Of a stretch of DNA of 64,000 bases, positions 62,019 to 64,000 are shown piece after piece; position 1 is the stretch's first letter; each line of letters begins with the position of its first letter. The stretch spans positions 930,001 to 994,000 of the forward strand of contig CM039004.1 in NCBI GenBank assembly GCA_017499595.2. Reading direction: 5' to 3'. The position numbers and the translations under genes are program-made. The stretch comes from Psilocybe cubensis (Eukaryota). The notes under the pieces are model-generated. The model did not search any database and was not told the DNA's origin. It saw only the letters and a program-made list of their open reading frames with translations.

Positions 62019-63106
62019 CTTTGCCGACGTCGACTGAGTGCAATTAAGAGCAGTCGAGAGTTGGGAGCAAAGAGAGAATAGGAGCGAACGTGGTCACCAA
62101 GGGGAAGTCACTCCGCTAACCAGTGTAAATAAGACAAACTGGCCTCGGCATTTCCCGTCACCCACCAGGCATGACCTGCTTCCCTTGCGAACTTGAACCG
62201 CATTCCTCCCGACTGTTATCCTGCCATGCATGCCTCTCTTGTTATTATTTCTCCACAGTCTCTACTATCTCCAATGTACATGCACGCTCCCTCTGTGCGC
62301 TGCCTCTCCTTGAGAGTCTCATATCATTATCACTCCATCACCTGCACCTTTCTAGCAAGCTTATTATTATTCATTCCCCAACTTTCTCTCTATGCCCTTC
62401 TCTGATCGTCACGGTGATCCTCGCTAACCAGTACTTTTCGTCTTCCTCACATGAGTAATTTTCTTGTCTCTTCCCGGGATCATATGCCGCGTACTACAGA
62501 GTCATCATCATCTGTCCATCTGCATGTGTCGTCGTCACCATCGTTTCCTCTATTAAATCCCAAGCCCGGCTTCTAAAGACAGAAAAAAATCCCTTTGGAA
62601 TGCACCATATCAAGACACTCTAGCTACGTGTTATCTCTCGGCTTGTCTGGAATTTCTGACTCTCACCGATGGGTATATTCCCAAGCATTAACTGATGGAT
62701 CCCTTCATTTCTTACGGAATCTAATCTTTTGCCACTGATCCTCTTATCTTCTGTATATCAAGCTGTGCCGCGTAGGTGTTCGGTGCTGGTTTCTTATCAC
62801 TTACGAATGAGATCCTTAAAAGTTATGCTTGTATGGGTCTCAAGCATGATTGACTGTGGAGTCTGGACTGGACCGAGTTTTTGGGTATTTCACCACTTGA
62901 CAACAATGTCTTACCTTGTTTCCCAACACCTTATCTACGAATGCACGGACGGACAAGGGAGTCGGAGTCCATTACCTCTCCCTCTCCCATTCCATGTATC
63001 CTACCGCTCTTAGCAGCAGCACCAAGATGGGTGAATTTTCTCATCCACGACAACTCAAAATACCGTTGCATATTAATAACAAAACTCAATACCTACTTTG
63101 CAAGGT

Positions 63107-63465
63107 CTATTTCTTATTGACGTAGTCCAGTCGAGCCGGGTTATCCTCGAGGATATGCCACCCGGAGAACCCGGACCCTGTACACACTTGGCCCATGATA
63201 GCACTCAATGCGAAAGCAAGCTTCCGGGACGGCAAAAATACCCTTAAGCTCTCCATCCGCACCCACTCATGATCATCGATGAGAGCTGCTTCCCGGGCGA
63301 AGGTGTCCCCTATGCCAGCCACAATGTCGTGCAATGGCGCTTCGGAGGGCATTATTGCGGCAATTCTTCGACCACAATTCACTTTTACCGGGACGGCTAC
63401 TAGTGCTCGGGCCTGTTGAGTGCATAGTGCGTACGTGTCACAGTAATGGCCAATGGGGACTCCAC
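63107..63465 (-). CDS. Possible terminal exon of a hypothetical gene that may extend beyond the window
   Basis: Open frame of about 119 codons after a CTATAG acceptor (GGVPIGHYCDTYALC...WHILEDNPARLDYVNKK*); upstream exons could not be assembled. Confidence 0.3.
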
Positions 63466-64000
63466 CTATAGTAGGGAGCAGGACACAATTCAATACGTCC
63501 AAAGGCTATCAAGTTCCATCCGCTTGACACATATCCGACATTGCGACAGTATTAACTCTGATCGTGTATACGGACATAGCGTATGATCTCCTTCGAGATG
63601 TATTACTCGTACTCACTCACATACTAAACTAGTCATTTCAAGGTCGCTCTGGGGTTTTACCCCTTCTCCCAGGCGGCGGTGTGCATCATCTGTGAGCGCG
63701 ATGCCTGTCTTTTGATCAAGGTGAGGATGTGGCACTGACAGTGGTATCGAGTTAATTTCCCGGAGCGCATCCATTGCACATGCTTATCAGGAGATGGGGG
63801 CCCGGAGGCGCCTGTCTGTCGCTGAGACGGGCCCGATCAGGCCCAGAGCGGATGTAAATCATCAGCTGCATCTTCATTCGGGCTGCAGCGGGCCCACAGC
63901 GGCGCCGGCGCCTGTAATGGTAAACATGGAGCGATGTGGGTGTAGATGTAGATGTTGCTGTGAAAGTGGATGTGGACGTTGAATATGGATAAATCTCAAG

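Overview
Eukaryotic, intron-rich fungal DNA, most likely an agaricomycete mushroom (GT-AG introns of about 50-70 nt with CTRAY branch sites). About 16 spliced protein-coding genes can be rebuilt by hand: an FAD monooxygenase, an Ett1/Nro1-like protein, a Ste13/Dap2-type dipeptidyl aminopeptidase, SYS1, a BCS1-like AAA ATPase, DNM1, STT3, a MATE / ureohydrolase / APC permease / HpPgdA-like deacetylase / carboxylesterase run, an ABP1-like protein, a BRCT/TERB2-like protein, an F-box-like protein and a small conserved membrane protein. No rRNA, tRNA, CRISPR array or transposon ORF was recognised. The strongest unusual signal is a 1269-nt intron of the dipeptidyl aminopeptidase gene (14853-16121, minus strand). 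It has a consensus branch site only 49 nt from its donor and 1231 nt without a single AG up to the acceptor, which suggests a giant AG-exclusion-zone / distant-branch-point intron. Other leads are a candidate nitrogen-scavenging gene cluster (35.4-44.8 kb), a hairpin-dense 0.9-kb candidate structured RNA with an RNase P P4-like pairing (47.3-48.2 kb), and a possible fungal TERB2-like gene. Exon coordinates were read manually and no database searches were run.
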